Assembly (NCBI RefSeq): GCF_036588685.1
Contig: NC_086382.1
Coordinates: 57,722,001-57,786,000 of the forward strand
Direction of reading: 5' to 3'
DNA from: Mytilus trossulus
Taxonomy: Eukaryota
DNA length: 64,000 nucleotides
Position 1 is the stretch's first letter. Every line of letters starts with the position of its first letter. Made by a program: the position numbers and the translations under genes. Of this stretch, positions 51,901 to 64,000 are shown piece by piece. The notes below the pieces were generated by a model, which was not told where the DNA came from, made no database searches, and saw nothing but the letters and a program-made list of their open reading frames with translations.

Positions 51901-54900
51901 ATTCTTCCTTCAAACTGGACACAGTTGACATTAGGTCATCTCTCTTCTGTGTAGCTGTTTCAATGTTTTCTTTTAGACTGGAAACAAGAGATACCATATC
52001 ACATTTCTCTTGTGTCGATGTAGCCAGCTCTTCTTTCAAACCTGTCACAGCTGAAACAAGATGCTCCTTTTCTTTTGATATTGTGGCTTCTTTTTCAGAT
52101 GTAATTGACAACTCTTCTTTAAGACAAGAAATAGTCGACACTAACCCATCATTCTCTTGTGTTGATATGATAAGTTCTTCTGACTTTAATGCCAGTTCCT
52201 CATTAACATCAGAAACAGCTAATTTCAGACCATTTTTTTCTTGTGTCAATGTAACTATCTCTTTTGATTTGATTGTCAGTTCTTCATTTAGATTAGAAAC
52301 AGTTGACACCATATCATCTTTGTCTTGTGTCAATGTTGCAAGTTCTTTCTTAAGAATGGAAATAACTGACTCTACACCATCTTTGCTATCTGCTAATGAG
52401 GTGATCTCTTCTAACTTAATAGCCAACTCTTCTTTCAGAATAGAAACTGTGGCCATCAGGCCATCTTTTTCTTGCATCACTGTAGCTAGCCCTTCTGCCT
52501 TGCTGGATAGTTCTTCATTAAGACTAGAAACTGTAAACTTTAATGTATCTTTTTCTTTTGTCAATGTGATAATTTCATCTTGTCTGTTTGACAGTTCTTC
52601 CCTTAGACTTGAAACTGTGGACACTAGACCATCCTTCTCTTGAGTTACTACAGCAATGTCTTCTGTCTTAGTACTCAGTTCCTCCTGAAGATTAGATGCA
52701 GTTAATGCTATCTGATCTTTCTCTTTTTTGGCTGTCATTAATTCTTCTATCTTGTTAGCCAGTTCCTCCTGAAGGTTAGATGCAGTTAATGCTAGCTGAT
52801 CTTTCTCTTGTTTGGCTGTCATTAATTCTTCTATCTTGTTAGCCAGTTCCTCCTTTACACTGGAAACATTTAGTATAAGGCCGTCTTTTTCTTGATTCAT
52901 GACTGTTCGTTCTTCTTCAAGACTAGAAACAGTTGTTAACAGGCTATTATTTTGTTGTGTCAATGTGTTGATATCTTCTGATTTGTTAGTTAGTTCTTCT
53001 TTCTGGTTAGAAACAGTTAATACCATTTTCTCTTTGTCTTGTTCTGATGCTGCCAATTCTTTCTTGAGAACGGAGATAACTGACTCTACATCATCTTTGC
53101 TATCTGCCAATGAGGTGATCTCTTCCAACTTGATAGCCAACTCTTCTTTCAAATCAGATACTGTGGACGTCAAACCATCTTTTTCTTGCTCCAGAGTTGT
53201 TATCTCTTCTGACTTGTTGAATAGCCCTTCCTTAAGAGCTGAAACAGTAGATATGAGCCCATCACTTTCAGTTTTCAGTGTGACAATATCATCTGCATTG
53301 TTAGACAGTTTATCTTTGAGAGTACAAACATTTAACATCAGATGATCATTCTCTTGTGTCACTGCCATTAATTCATCTATCTTTTTAGCAAGTTCTTCCT
53401 TAACACTAGAAATAGTTAATAACAAGCCATCCTTTTCCTGTGAAAACATTGCCAGTTCCTCTTTAAGACTAGAAACAGTTGACATAAGACCATCTTTTTC
53501 TTGTGTCAGTGTGACAATGTCTTCTGATTTGTTGGTCAGTTCTTCCTTCAAGCTAGAAACAGTTGACATCAGACCATCTCTTTCCTGTGTCAGTGTGACA
53601 TTATCTTCTGATTTGTTGGTCAGTTCTTCCTTCAAGCTAGAAACAGTTGACATCAGACCATCTCTTTTTTGTGTCAGTGTGACATTATCTTCTGATTTGT
53701 TGGTCAATTCTTCCTTCAAGCTAGAAACAGTTGACATCAGACCATCTCTTTCTTGTGTCAGTGTGACATTATCTTCTGATTTGCTTGACAGTTCTTCCTT
53801 AAGACTAGAAACAGTTGACACCAAATCGTCTTTTTCTTGTGTCAGTATGACAAAATCTTCTGACTTGGTGGTCAGTTCTTCCTTCAAGCTATAAACAGTT
53901 GACATGATACCATCTCTTTCTTGTGTCAGTGTGACATTGTCATCTAATTTGGTGGCAATTTCTTCTTTGAGACTAGAAACAATTGACACCAGACCATCTT
54001 TTTCTTGTGTCAATGTGAGAATGTCTTCTGACTTGGTGGTCAGTTTTGCTTTGTGTCTTATCAGTTCAGATTTCAGTTTCACAGAAGTGTCTTCTTTCGC
54101 AGCAACATTTTGCACTGCTGTGTCTAATTCACTAGACAATATATTAACAGATGACAAAAGCTTTTCCATTTCTTTTTCAACTTCCTGCTTCTCATCAGCT
54201 AACTGTGATTTTAGAATCAAAAAATGTTCCTCATGTTTGGTCAGTGCATTGGTTAGGTCATTTGATTTATTGGACAGTTCTTCCTTCAAACTGGACACAG
54301 TTGATATTAGGTCATCTCTCTCATGTGTAGCTGTTTCAATGTTTTCTTTTAGACTGGAAACAAGAGATACCATATCACAATTCTCTTTTGTCAATAGAGC
54401 CAGTTCTTCCTTTAACCTTGTAACAACTGAAACAAGATGATCATTTTCTTGTGTAAATGTGGATTCTTTTTCCGATTTAATGGATAACTCTTCTTTAAGA
54501 CAAGAAACAGTTGACACCAGACCATCTCTTTCTTGTGTCAAAGTTGTCAGTTCTTCATTAAGACTTGAAACAGTTGACGTCAGATTGTCTTTGTCTTTAG
54601 TCAATGATCCAAGTTCTTCCTTGAGAACAGAAATAGTTGACTCCCCACAATCTTTGCTCTCTGTCAAAGTGGCAATTTCCTTTGACTTGACAATCAACCT
54701 TTCTTTCAGAAGGGAATTTGTGGCTAACAGGCCATCTTTCTCTTGTGACAGTGTGACAATGTCTTCTGACTTGTTGGACAGTTCTTCTTTCAGACTAGAA
54801 ACAGTTGAAACCAGACCATCTTTTTCTTGTGTCAGTGTGACAATATCTTCTGACTTGTTGGTCAGTTTTTCCTTCAGACTAGAAACAGTTGAAACCAGAC

Positions 54901-57900
54901 CATCTTTTTCTTGTGTCAGTGTGACAATGTCTTCTGACTTGTTGGACAGTTCTTCTTTCAGACTAGAAACAGTTGAAACCAGACCATCTTTTTCTTGTGT
55001 CAGTGTGACAATATCTTCTGACTTGTTGGTCAGTTTTTCCTTCAGACTAGAAACAGTTGAAACCAGACCATCTTTTTCTTGTGTCAGTGTGACAATGTTT
55101 TCTGATTTGTTGGTCAGTTCTTCCTTCAGACTAGAAATAGTTGACACCAAACCGTCTTTTTCTTGAGATAGTATGACAATGTCTTCTGATTTGTTGGTCA
55201 GTTCTTCTTTCAGACTAGAAACAGTTGAAACCAGACCATCTTTTTCTTGTGTCAGTGTGACAACGTCTTCAGATTTGGTGGTCAGTTCTTCCTTCAGACT
55301 AGAAACATTTAATTTGAGGCCATCTTTTTCTTTTTCCAAAGTAGCCACTTCTTCTACAAGTCTAGAGATAGATGACAATTGACCATCTATTCCTTGGGTC
55401 ATTAAAGCTAAATCTTCTACCTTTTTAGTCAGTTCTTCCTTGAGACTAGAAACAGTTGACACCAGACCATCTTTTTCTTGGATCATAACAGCCATTTCTT
55501 CAGATTTGTTGCGCAGTTCTTCATTATGACTAGAAACAAGACCATTTGTTTCCTGTGTCAAAGATGTCAGTTCTTCCTTTAAACTAGAAACAGTTGACAC
55601 TAGACCGTCTTTTTCTTGTGTCAGTAAGACAATATCTTCTGATTTACTGGTCAGTTCTTCCTTCAGACTAGAAACAGTTGACACTAGACCATCTTTTTCT
55701 TTTATCATTACAGCCATTTCTTCAGATTTGTTGCTAAGTTCTTTATTAAGACTAGAAACAAGACCATCTTTTTCTTGTGTTAGTGTGATAATGTCTTCTG
55801 ATTTGTTGGTCAGTTCTTCCTTGAGACTGGTAACAGTTGAAACCAGACCATCTTTTTCTTGTGTCAAAGATGTCAGTTCTTTCTCCAGACCATCTTTTTC
55901 TTGTGTCAGGTTGACAATGTCATCTGATTTGTTGGTCAGTTCTTCCTTCAGACTAGAAACAGTTGACAACAAACCATCTTTTTCTTGATTCAAAGTTGAT
56001 AGTTCTTCATTTAGACTTGAAACTGTTGACAGTAGGCCATCTTTACCTTGTGATATTGCTTCAAGATTACTTTTTAAAGTTGATATATTTTTCTCTGTCA
56101 TCTGAACATCCTCTAATAACTTTTTATTCAACATTTCTGCTTGTTTACTTAATTTTTGTTCATGCTCATACTTTTCAGTCATTGTTGCAAGTTCATGTTT
56201 AGCTTGTTCATGCTCACTATAAAGAGAATCAAATTTGGCAGTTAAAGTCTCTACTTGTGATTCCAAGTCTGATGCATGCTGGGCAAAGGTCATTTTATTT
56301 TCAGCCAATTGAGTTTGTAATTTGTGAATATCACTCATGCATATCTTGTTTTGTTTATTGATGCATGCTGTGAGAGACTTGTACTCAGTATCATGCATAA
56401 TAAAATGATTTTCTGAATCAGCGAGAGTTTGAGACAGGGTATCTATCTGTATTCTTCTATCGTCACATAAAAGTTTAAATTCACTGACCTGCTTCTGTAG
56501 ATTTGCATTCTCTGTTTCTAAGGTTTCAAACTTTGAAGAAAATCTTTGCTGCTCGTTTTGTAACTGTTGCTCTAATTCTTCAACCTTTTCATCTTTCAAT
56601 CTAAGTTCATTTTGTAATTCTCCAATGGAATGTTCTAAAGTGTTTTGCTCTTTTTGCAATGTTTTTACTTTTAACTCATAATCTTGTTCCTCAGATCCAT
56701 GTTTTTGTCTGAGTGCATCTGTCTCTGTCTCTTTAAATTTGATTTCATTCTGTAAAGCTTCAACTGATTGTTCTATATTTTTAATTTCACAATTTTTCTT
56801 GTCTTCAAGTTCTTTAAGTTGCAATATGAATTCTTCCTTCTGATTCTTACATTTATCCTTCCACTCCTTCACTAGACTTTCCTGTGACTTTTCACTACTT
56901 TGGATGTCACTGATAAGTTCCTTTGATTCCTTCAAATCATTGTGTAGTGTCTCTATATCCTTTTCTTTTGCATTCAGTGCCTCATCTAATTTATTTTTTT
57001 CATTTTGAATTTGTTTTATGTGTTCATCTTTTTCATTAACATCCTTGGTTACTTTGTCCATTTCAGTTTTAAGTTTGTTTAACATTTCAGTTTTAGCAAA
57101 TATTTCTTCCTCGATTCTTGATTTATCTAGTTCTAAAGCTTCTAGGCTTGTAAAATTTTCTTCCAGTTTGAGTTGAAGAGCAGATTTTTCCTCTAACATT
57201 TTATCATTAGTTTGTTTTAAAGATTCTAAATTGGAATTGAGTTTTTCAGTTTCAATTTTCACACTTTGAATTACATTTTGTTGTTCATCAACTTGAAACT
57301 GTAATGTTTTAACTTCATCATCTTTGTCATTTAATTTTTTATCAAATTCACTTGTTAAATTTAATTTAGCTTTTTCTGATTCATTGATTTTTTCGTTTAA
57401 ATTTTTAATTTCATTGTTTGTGTCAGCTAATCTTTCATCTTTCTCGTTGATCACTTTTTGAAGGGAGACAACTCTATCCTCTGCATTGGATGAAAGGGAC
57501 ATAATGGTAGCCTCCTTTTCACTACAAAGTTTGTTTACTTGTTCAATCTGTAAGTCCAGCTGTGACTTTTCATAAGATAATTCTGATAATTGATTTTTTA
57601 GTTCAGAAAGTTCACTTTGGTATTGTTTAGATTTTTCAGTCACCTCTTCCATTCTCTCATTTAGTTGCTCTTCCGTTAATTTTGCCTGCTTATAGTAAGA
57701 TTGTAATAAGTCGTCACTATGTTTAAGATCGTCGAATTTTTCATTTAAATTATCATAATTGGTCTGAAGTTGATCTTTCTCACTTTTAACTGTTTCCATG
57801 ACTACTTGTAATTCTTGGAACTGCTGTTTAAATCTATTTTGTTCGTCACTTGACTTTTCTTTAGTCTCATTATGAGTTTCCTCTAATTTCATTAATTCAT

Positions 57901-58618
57901 CCTTTACTTTTTCCAGCTTGTTACTCTCAGAATTAAGTTCCTCTGTTTTACATTTTAATTCCTCTTTAAGATCTGCAATAACTTTTTCAAACTGATTTAT
58001 TTCAGAATTAAGTCCTTCAGATTTAGCACAAACCTCCTCATGTTGTATCTGTAAGTTGCTCTTTTCATTAGAAATCTGATTAATAGCTTCATCTTTAGCT
58101 TTTATTTCTTGGTTTAAAGTTTCAATTTCTTGTACATTCATGTCAAATTCTGAATTTCTTTCTATCAACTGATTCTTTACTTCATCTATTTCAATTTTAC
58201 ATTCCTTTAGATCTTCTTCATACTTTTTATTACTACTTTCTAAACTATTAGTCAAAGTTTTCAATTTTTCAGTCTCTTCTGACAGAATTTCTTTTTCTTT
58301 TTCTAATACCTCAATTTTATCTTTTAAACTTTGAACCTCATTGTCATTTTCATTGGATTGTTCAGTTACTTGATTAAGATTTTCAAGAGATGAAGATAAT
58401 TTAACATTCAAAATTTCAATATCATTTTGCAAATTTTTGTTATCAGTTTCAAGTTTACTATATTCTTTTTCTTTTCTTATGAAATCTTGATTCTTTTCTT
58501 CCAACGATGTTTCATATTCACTAATTTTTTGCTCAAGCTGTGTTGAATTATTATAAGCTTCCTGGAGTGCTTTCTTGTGATCCTTTTCCAGTTGTTCAAT
58601 AAACTCCTGTTGTTCCAC
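45935..58618 (-). CDS. GOLGB1: Giantin-like golgin giant exon 1 (12,684 nt, 4,228 codons, phase 0-0) containing 28-aa repeat array
   Basis: Uninterrupted ORF 45911..58618 bounded by acceptor gtgttttag|GTG and donor AAG|gtgatt; E/K/L/S/T-rich heptad pattern throughout. Confidence 0.88.
50255..56050 (-). repeat. Coding tandem repeat, 84-bp/28-aa unit (LTQEKDGLVSTVSSLKEELTNKSEDIVT) with 21-aa variants and higher-order blocks
   Basis: Directly visible in DNA (cagactagaaacagttgaaaccagaccatctttttcttgtgtcagtgtgacaat...) and protein; degenerate units continue toward ~46400. Confidence 0.95.
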
Positions 58619-60142
58619 CTAAAACACAAATTTCTACTATTTACAAGCAGTTAGTATGGCTACACACGTGCAGTATATAAAATAAATATTTAAGAAGTGA
58701 AGCATGCTGGGTAATTACTAGCATTGAATCATTTGTCTCTTTAGTATGCACAACCATGATGGTCTATCACATATCACTGCAAACAAGACTAACAAGATGA
58801 CCTCTTCCAAATAAAAACCAAGTTCTAATACTTGTATAGTAAATTTCATTTGTGGTTGATGAGTTTTAAGTAACTGTTAATATAAATAAGTGACCAACAT
58901 TTAAAAGAAATAAAACAAGGGTTTGCAGCATAAGAATTTTTGTTTTTGAAAGCTTAGTCCTTTAAAAATTAATAAGAAATGAGCAACCATGAAAACAATT
59001 TCTACCATATAAATTAAAAAACTTTTTTGTCTAAAATTTAAAAAAAACAAACTTTAAATTATACACCATTAAAATATTGATGACTTTGGTTTAATTTATG
59101 AGAAATTGTGATAATTAAAAATTATAAAAAAGGGCTATGTTCATGATGTTAATTATGTTAGATTAGAGTTCATGAAGTATGAGATGATACCTATTAAACA
59201 TAGGTTAAGGCATTCTAACATCCATATATATGGGCAAGAACTTATGTCTGATAAGTATATATAAAACTGATACAATGATAGCTTAAATGAATATTAATAA
59301 AAAATCCCTGTCCTTCCCTTGGCTCATATACTGATATACATGTAAATGGCCAAATGAAATTGACAGGTAAATGTATAACCAGTTCAAAATAGTCGGTCAA
59401 ATACATTTTATACATCATGTACATGTATATATCTATGTTTATATGTTTAAATGTATATACATGTATAAGAGTACATTACAATATCTGTATGAATGAATAT
59501 ACAATAATAATACTTGTTCATAAAGTTGATGACAGAAACCAGTAAGATGAATAAAGAGAAACAAGAGTATGATTTTAATATTTGAGTGTGAAGACTTCAC
59601 TAACCTGAGGTGACTTCTAACCCACATAATCTTTATTTAAAGAAATACATTAATTGCACATATCTAAAAAAGTCTGCATTTTAAGTTTTTCATAATAAAT
59701 TTCATGAAAATGCCACGTAAAATAAAACTTTTTTTTACCATTATTAACTATATATGTTAAAACAGTATGTTATATATAAACCATTGTCTTGTTCTTTACA
59801 GTAAAACCACTATCATTGGAAGTATGTTAAAATTGTGTCACCAGCTGGATACAAATAGTAACAAAAAAACGGGTAAAAAAAAATCGGGACTGACATTATG
59901 AGAACACAGGATTTATATTTGTATATCTCCTTACAGATCAAACAAGAAGGTTATACTATGTAATGCAACTAAAGATGGATTCTGAGATTCAAGTTATAAA
60001 TTCGCTTTCACAAGTCAACAAAATGCAACAACATTTAAGCAAAGGAATTGTGTAATTCTGGAGAAATCATGTGCAACAAAACATGAATATTTATCCTATC
60101 CCACAATTATACATAGATATAAACTCCCCAAAGACACCTTAC

Positions 60143-60457
60143 CTTTAGTTTCTCAAGGCTATCTTCTTTTGATTCATTCTCTTGGTTAACATCATGGATC
60201 TGATTGGTTAGTTGTTCAATCTGTTTCTTGTATTCTGTGATTTGATTGGTCAGTTCATCTGATGTCTGCTTAGAGGATGTTAATTCTTGTTGTAAGTTAT
60301 TCAACTGGTCTTTCAAGTCCTTTGAACTATTTTTCTCCGACTCCAACTGGACATTTAAACTTTCTATTTCTTTTGATAATTCCTGAACTTTCTTGTTGGC
60401 AGCATCCAGATTAATTTTAAGTTCATTTGATTCATTCGATGGTTGGTCCTTCTTTCC
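60143..60457 (-). CDS. GOLGB1: Giantin-like golgin exon (105 codons, phase 0-0)
   Basis: Acceptor ttttag|GGA, donor AAG|gtaagg; includes most of ORF 60107..60346; heptad-rich. Confidence 0.88.
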
Positions 60458-60999
60458 CTAAAATTTACAAATTATATATTTTTTTATCTACCTTTCACTT
60501 AAGTACATGACTTTGTATGTGTACCTTCAAACAATGCAATATTTTTTTTAAAAGTTAGTCATTCAATACTCCCATAGATGTTATAATATAGGATCATTCT
60601 CTAAACAAAGGTATCCAAGTATTATAATAGATGGTTTTGTTCAGGAGATGTTATATCATTTTTTGTAAAACTTTTAAATACTTATTGCCAATTCCATTTT
60701 ATTATTTTGTTTGACCAATTCTATATGCATCATATATGTAAATATAAATAAGAAAATGTGGTATAATGAGCCAAAGTTATTGACGTATGTTTCAATAAAT
60801 AAAAAAAATAAGTATTTATTAGGGTGCAATGATTTTGTCTGCATAGTATACCATATTACACAAGGACATAACTAATATGGTGTTAATATAGCGGATTTAT
60901 ATAGCTTGATTGACCAATACACTTTCCGATTACAAATATGAATGCATCTTTTTTTTAAATCCAGACTATAGCTTGGTAATTTTATTTCTAGAAAATTAC

Positions 61000-62076
61000 C
61001 TGTTTCAACTTCTCTACCTCCTTTTCAAGAGATTTAATCTTGGATGTCATTTGTGCCTTCATTTTCAACATTTTAGGATCTGACTTCCCACTACTAGAAG
61101 GTGCTTCTTCCTTTTTCAGAGAATTCATTTCAGTTTCTAAATCTTTTATTTTCTGTTTCATTTTATCATTATCATTATTCAGTTCATCAACTATTTTATT
61201 CTTTTCTTGAATTTGCTTTTCTAAATCTAATACTGTTTTATCATTTTGTTCAGAATTTTGACTTGTGCTGCCATCTTGCTGAGTTACTGGAACAGCGCCC
61301 CCTGGTGTCAGTGTCTGCTGGAATCTAGCCTGCAGTTTGTTATATTGTTCCATGGCCTGTGTATAGAGAGCTTGATATTGTGTTAGTTGACTTTGCATTG
61401 AATGTGTCTGTAATTCTTTCTCAGATTGTTCATGATCATGTTTCTCAATAAGTTCCCTCATTCTTTCATTTAAACGACTTTTTTCTTCTTTCCATTGCAT
61501 TTCCATATCAACTTGATCTGCATTCAGCAACATCAATTGTTCAGATGTTACTTGCAATTTTTCCTTAAAATTTTTTTGAATATCTAAATTTTCATTTATT
61601 TGCTTCTCTTTTTCTTTATTCTCCTTTTGCAGAACCTCAATGACTTTAATTTTACCTTCTAAAACTTCATTTGTGTCTTTGAGATTTTGTTCCAACATTT
61701 TTAAAACTTGATCCTCAAGATTTATTTCACCTTTAGACATAATTCGTTGAACATCTTGTTCATGCCTTGAAATAATTTCCTTAAGATCCCCATCCCTCAT
61801 TGAAATTTCATCGTTTTTAACCTGAACAAGATTCCGTAAGTTTTGAATCTCATCTTCACGTTCTTTTAACGATTCTTCGAAATATCTCTGAGATTCTTGT
61901 AGTCTGAGATTGAATCTTTCTGATTCTTGTTTGAGTTGATGTTGAGATTTGTCCACTTCTTCTTTAAGAGTATCCTGTGTTTCTTCACCATGTTCTACTT
62001 TTGATGACAGTTTGGCAATAAGAGCATTCTGATCATGGACAGTCTGATCTTTTTCTCTTATTGATGTCTGTAGAAT
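61000..62076 (-). CDS. GOLGB1: Giantin-like golgin exon (359 codons, phase 0-0)
   Basis: Extends ORF 60988..61956; acceptor attactag|ATT (second in-frame acceptor ctacag|ACA would start at 62067); donor CAG|gtaatt; coiled coil ending KMLKMKAQMTSKIKSLEKEVEKLKQ. Confidence 0.88.
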
Positions 62077-62946
62077 CTAGTAATATATCAAAAACACAAT
62101 ATTAAGTAAAGCACTACTCAAATTTAAAAGCATCAATAAATAATGTGATTTAATAAACAAAACAAAACTTAACAAGAGTAGAACTATATTTCAATTAAAC
62201 CAAACAAAATTTTTGTTTGCACATAGCATTTGATTAGGGACTTTCCGTTTTAAATTTTCCCCAAAGTTCAGTATTTGTGTGATTTTACTTTTCAACATGT
62301 ACATGTAAGACTGGGTTTAAATTCCTATATGCAGATCCCCAGGTAGGACAAAAGTTTCACTAAAATCCATCAAGCTAGGAAGAGTGGTGCTGAAGAGTGT
62401 TTATTATATTGTAATATTGCAATGTTGAAGTCAAGTTAGTTTGATTATCTCCCCTTAAACACATAAGACTGAGATCAAATTTCTTAAAGCACATCTGGTA
62501 GAGTTCTACAGCATTGTGAAGTTTGGGACTAAAGTTTTAGACTGATCATTTTCAACTAAAGCTGACTCTGAAAAATGCCAAATTGACTTTATTTTCACTT
62601 TTTCGTGAATTGGATGACTACACGCTACTTTTCGAAACAGTTATTAAGTGAGTCTTAAGCTTACAGCACTGAAGTTATGAACAATTATCATTATTGATCA
62701 TCCAATTTATTCTGATATGCATAACATCATTATGATATTCATGTATACAATATGGAAGGAAACTTTTTTTGCTTCAATTGTTTTCTTTTTTAAAAACCAA
62801 TTTTTTCCATCAGATGTTTGCCTTGAATAATCTTAAAAATCATAGCAAAGCAATGGTTTTTGAAATAAAAAAATGTTGAATCCCACTGAAGTTTTTTCAA
62901 CATAATGTATATTTCTGTTTTTTATATAGTTATCGAAAATTCATAC

Positions 62947-63105
62947 CTCCACTACTTTATCTCTTCCTCTTATCACTTCATTTTTCTCTGAAATATATTC
63001 CTGCAAATCCATCAATTTCCCTTCCATTTCTAGAATTTTGTTGTTTAGTTCTAATAAGTTTTTGTCTTTATATACCATTTGTGCATACATAGCCTGCATA
63101 TTTCC
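62947..63105 (-). CDS. GOLGB1: Giantin/lava lamp-like golgin, most 5' coding exon found in window (53 codons, phase 0-0)
   Basis: Acceptor tttttgcacag|GGA and donor GAG|gtatga; encodes GNMQAMYAQMVYKDKNLLELNNKILEMEGKLMDLQEYISEKNEVIRGRDKVVE; in frame with next exon. Start codon lies outside the window. Confidence 0.85.
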
Positions 63106-63370
63106 CTGTGCAAAAAAGAACAAAAAAATGGAATAATTAATTATTAACCTGCAACCAGAATAAATGAATAGAAATACAATATGACAGAAAACAATGTGGT
63201 ATATATAACAAATCTCAATTTAATACATTTTCAATAAGATGATGTCTCCTACTCTGGATTTTGAAAAGTGGACATCCATCATATTACATGTGAATGACCT
63301 GTAACTCTATTTGCATGTAACAGATCTAAGAGTACTTCTGAGATTTTATAAGACAAAGAACAGCCATAAC

Positions 63371-63490
63371 TTCATGGTTTATAACTACTGAATCCCAAAA
63401 CATGGACCTGGGAGTGTACTAGATTCTATGTTCATGGTTTATAACTACTAAATCCAAAAACTTTGACCAAAGAATGTATTAACTTCTATG
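63371..63490 (+). repeat. Diverged ~60-bp tandem dimer
   Basis: ttcatggtttataactact...ttctatg occurs twice at ~60-bp spacing. Confidence 0.7.
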
Positions 63491-64000
63491 TAATGTAAAA
63501 TGTGTAATTGAGGTCAAATGGTAATCTGTCATACAATTCAAAAAGATTACATCAAGGTGATTTTATACTACGTTTCAAGTTGATGTGACCTCAACTTCAT
63601 GGTGAACAATCAAACAAAAAACTTTAACCTGATAGAGGACATACTAAAGAATGTTAGTCACAAAAATAAATGTTTCCAAATATAGTTGGTTGACAGAAAA
63701 CATGAATACAGAAATCTCCCTCTTTTATCTGATCAGTTGATGAATGTAACAAAATCACAAAAGAGGGACCTACAGAGAGTGGGTATAATGATAGATATAT
63801 AGGGCCATATAATTGTACTAATATTAATGTGTAAAACTAAAAATAAAAATTGTGATTAATGTTAATTTGTTTAGATTTAACCCAAATGATCTAAATAACA
63901 TGTACGGTCAACTCATACTGGACAATACACGTATACTCATATGGTCGGACAGTACGAGTATACGTTTACGGTCCAAATACTCATATAGTCTGGAACATAT

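Noticed and set aside
50255-56050. CRISPR-like regular repeats
   Set aside because: Contiguous in-frame coding repeats with no unique spacers, no cas genes, and a eukaryotic intron-exon context.
45965-56202. Long plus-strand ORFs (up to 792 aa, Ser/Phe/Leu-rich)
   Set aside because: Antisense shadows of the repetitive minus-strand coiled-coil exon; no independent splice or domain evidence.
26682-58618. Treating the 4235, 1799, 312 and 1591 aa ORFs as separate single-exon genes
   Set aside because: Each is bounded by canonical AG/GT sites in compatible phase, and several ORF-track starts are GTG/TTG codons close to acceptors rather than real initiators.

Overview
AT-rich eukaryotic genomic DNA. 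The repeat families look like those of a bivalve mollusc (Mytilus-like); this is recognition from memory, not a database result. Positions ~20.7-63.1 kb hold the 3' part of one minus-strand spliced gene whose 5' end lies beyond 64,000. I can join 15 GT-AG coding exons in frame into about 8,711 aa of mostly coiled-coil protein. It ends in a tail-anchor (IWVYFVFLHIMMFASVFGLI*) with the Tyr/His signature of giantin/CASP/golgin-84 membrane anchors, so the best call is an extremely long giantin (GOLGB1)/lava-lamp-like golgin. Three giant phase-0 exons (12,684, 5,382 and 4,734 nt) each carry their own repeat type; the largest has an 84-bp (28-aa) coding tandem array with higher-order duplications. 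Positions 1-18 kb contain no supportable protein gene and are mostly transposon debris. The main structure there is a nest at 2055-8769: a hAT derivative with a 5-bp TSD and a transposase dimerisation-domain remnant contains a second 5-bp-TSD element. That second element carries a Helentron-type element, a Harbinger-type MITE and an apparently identical 2,204-bp tandem duplication that starts exactly at its terminal inverted repeat. All exon and repeat boundaries were read by eye.
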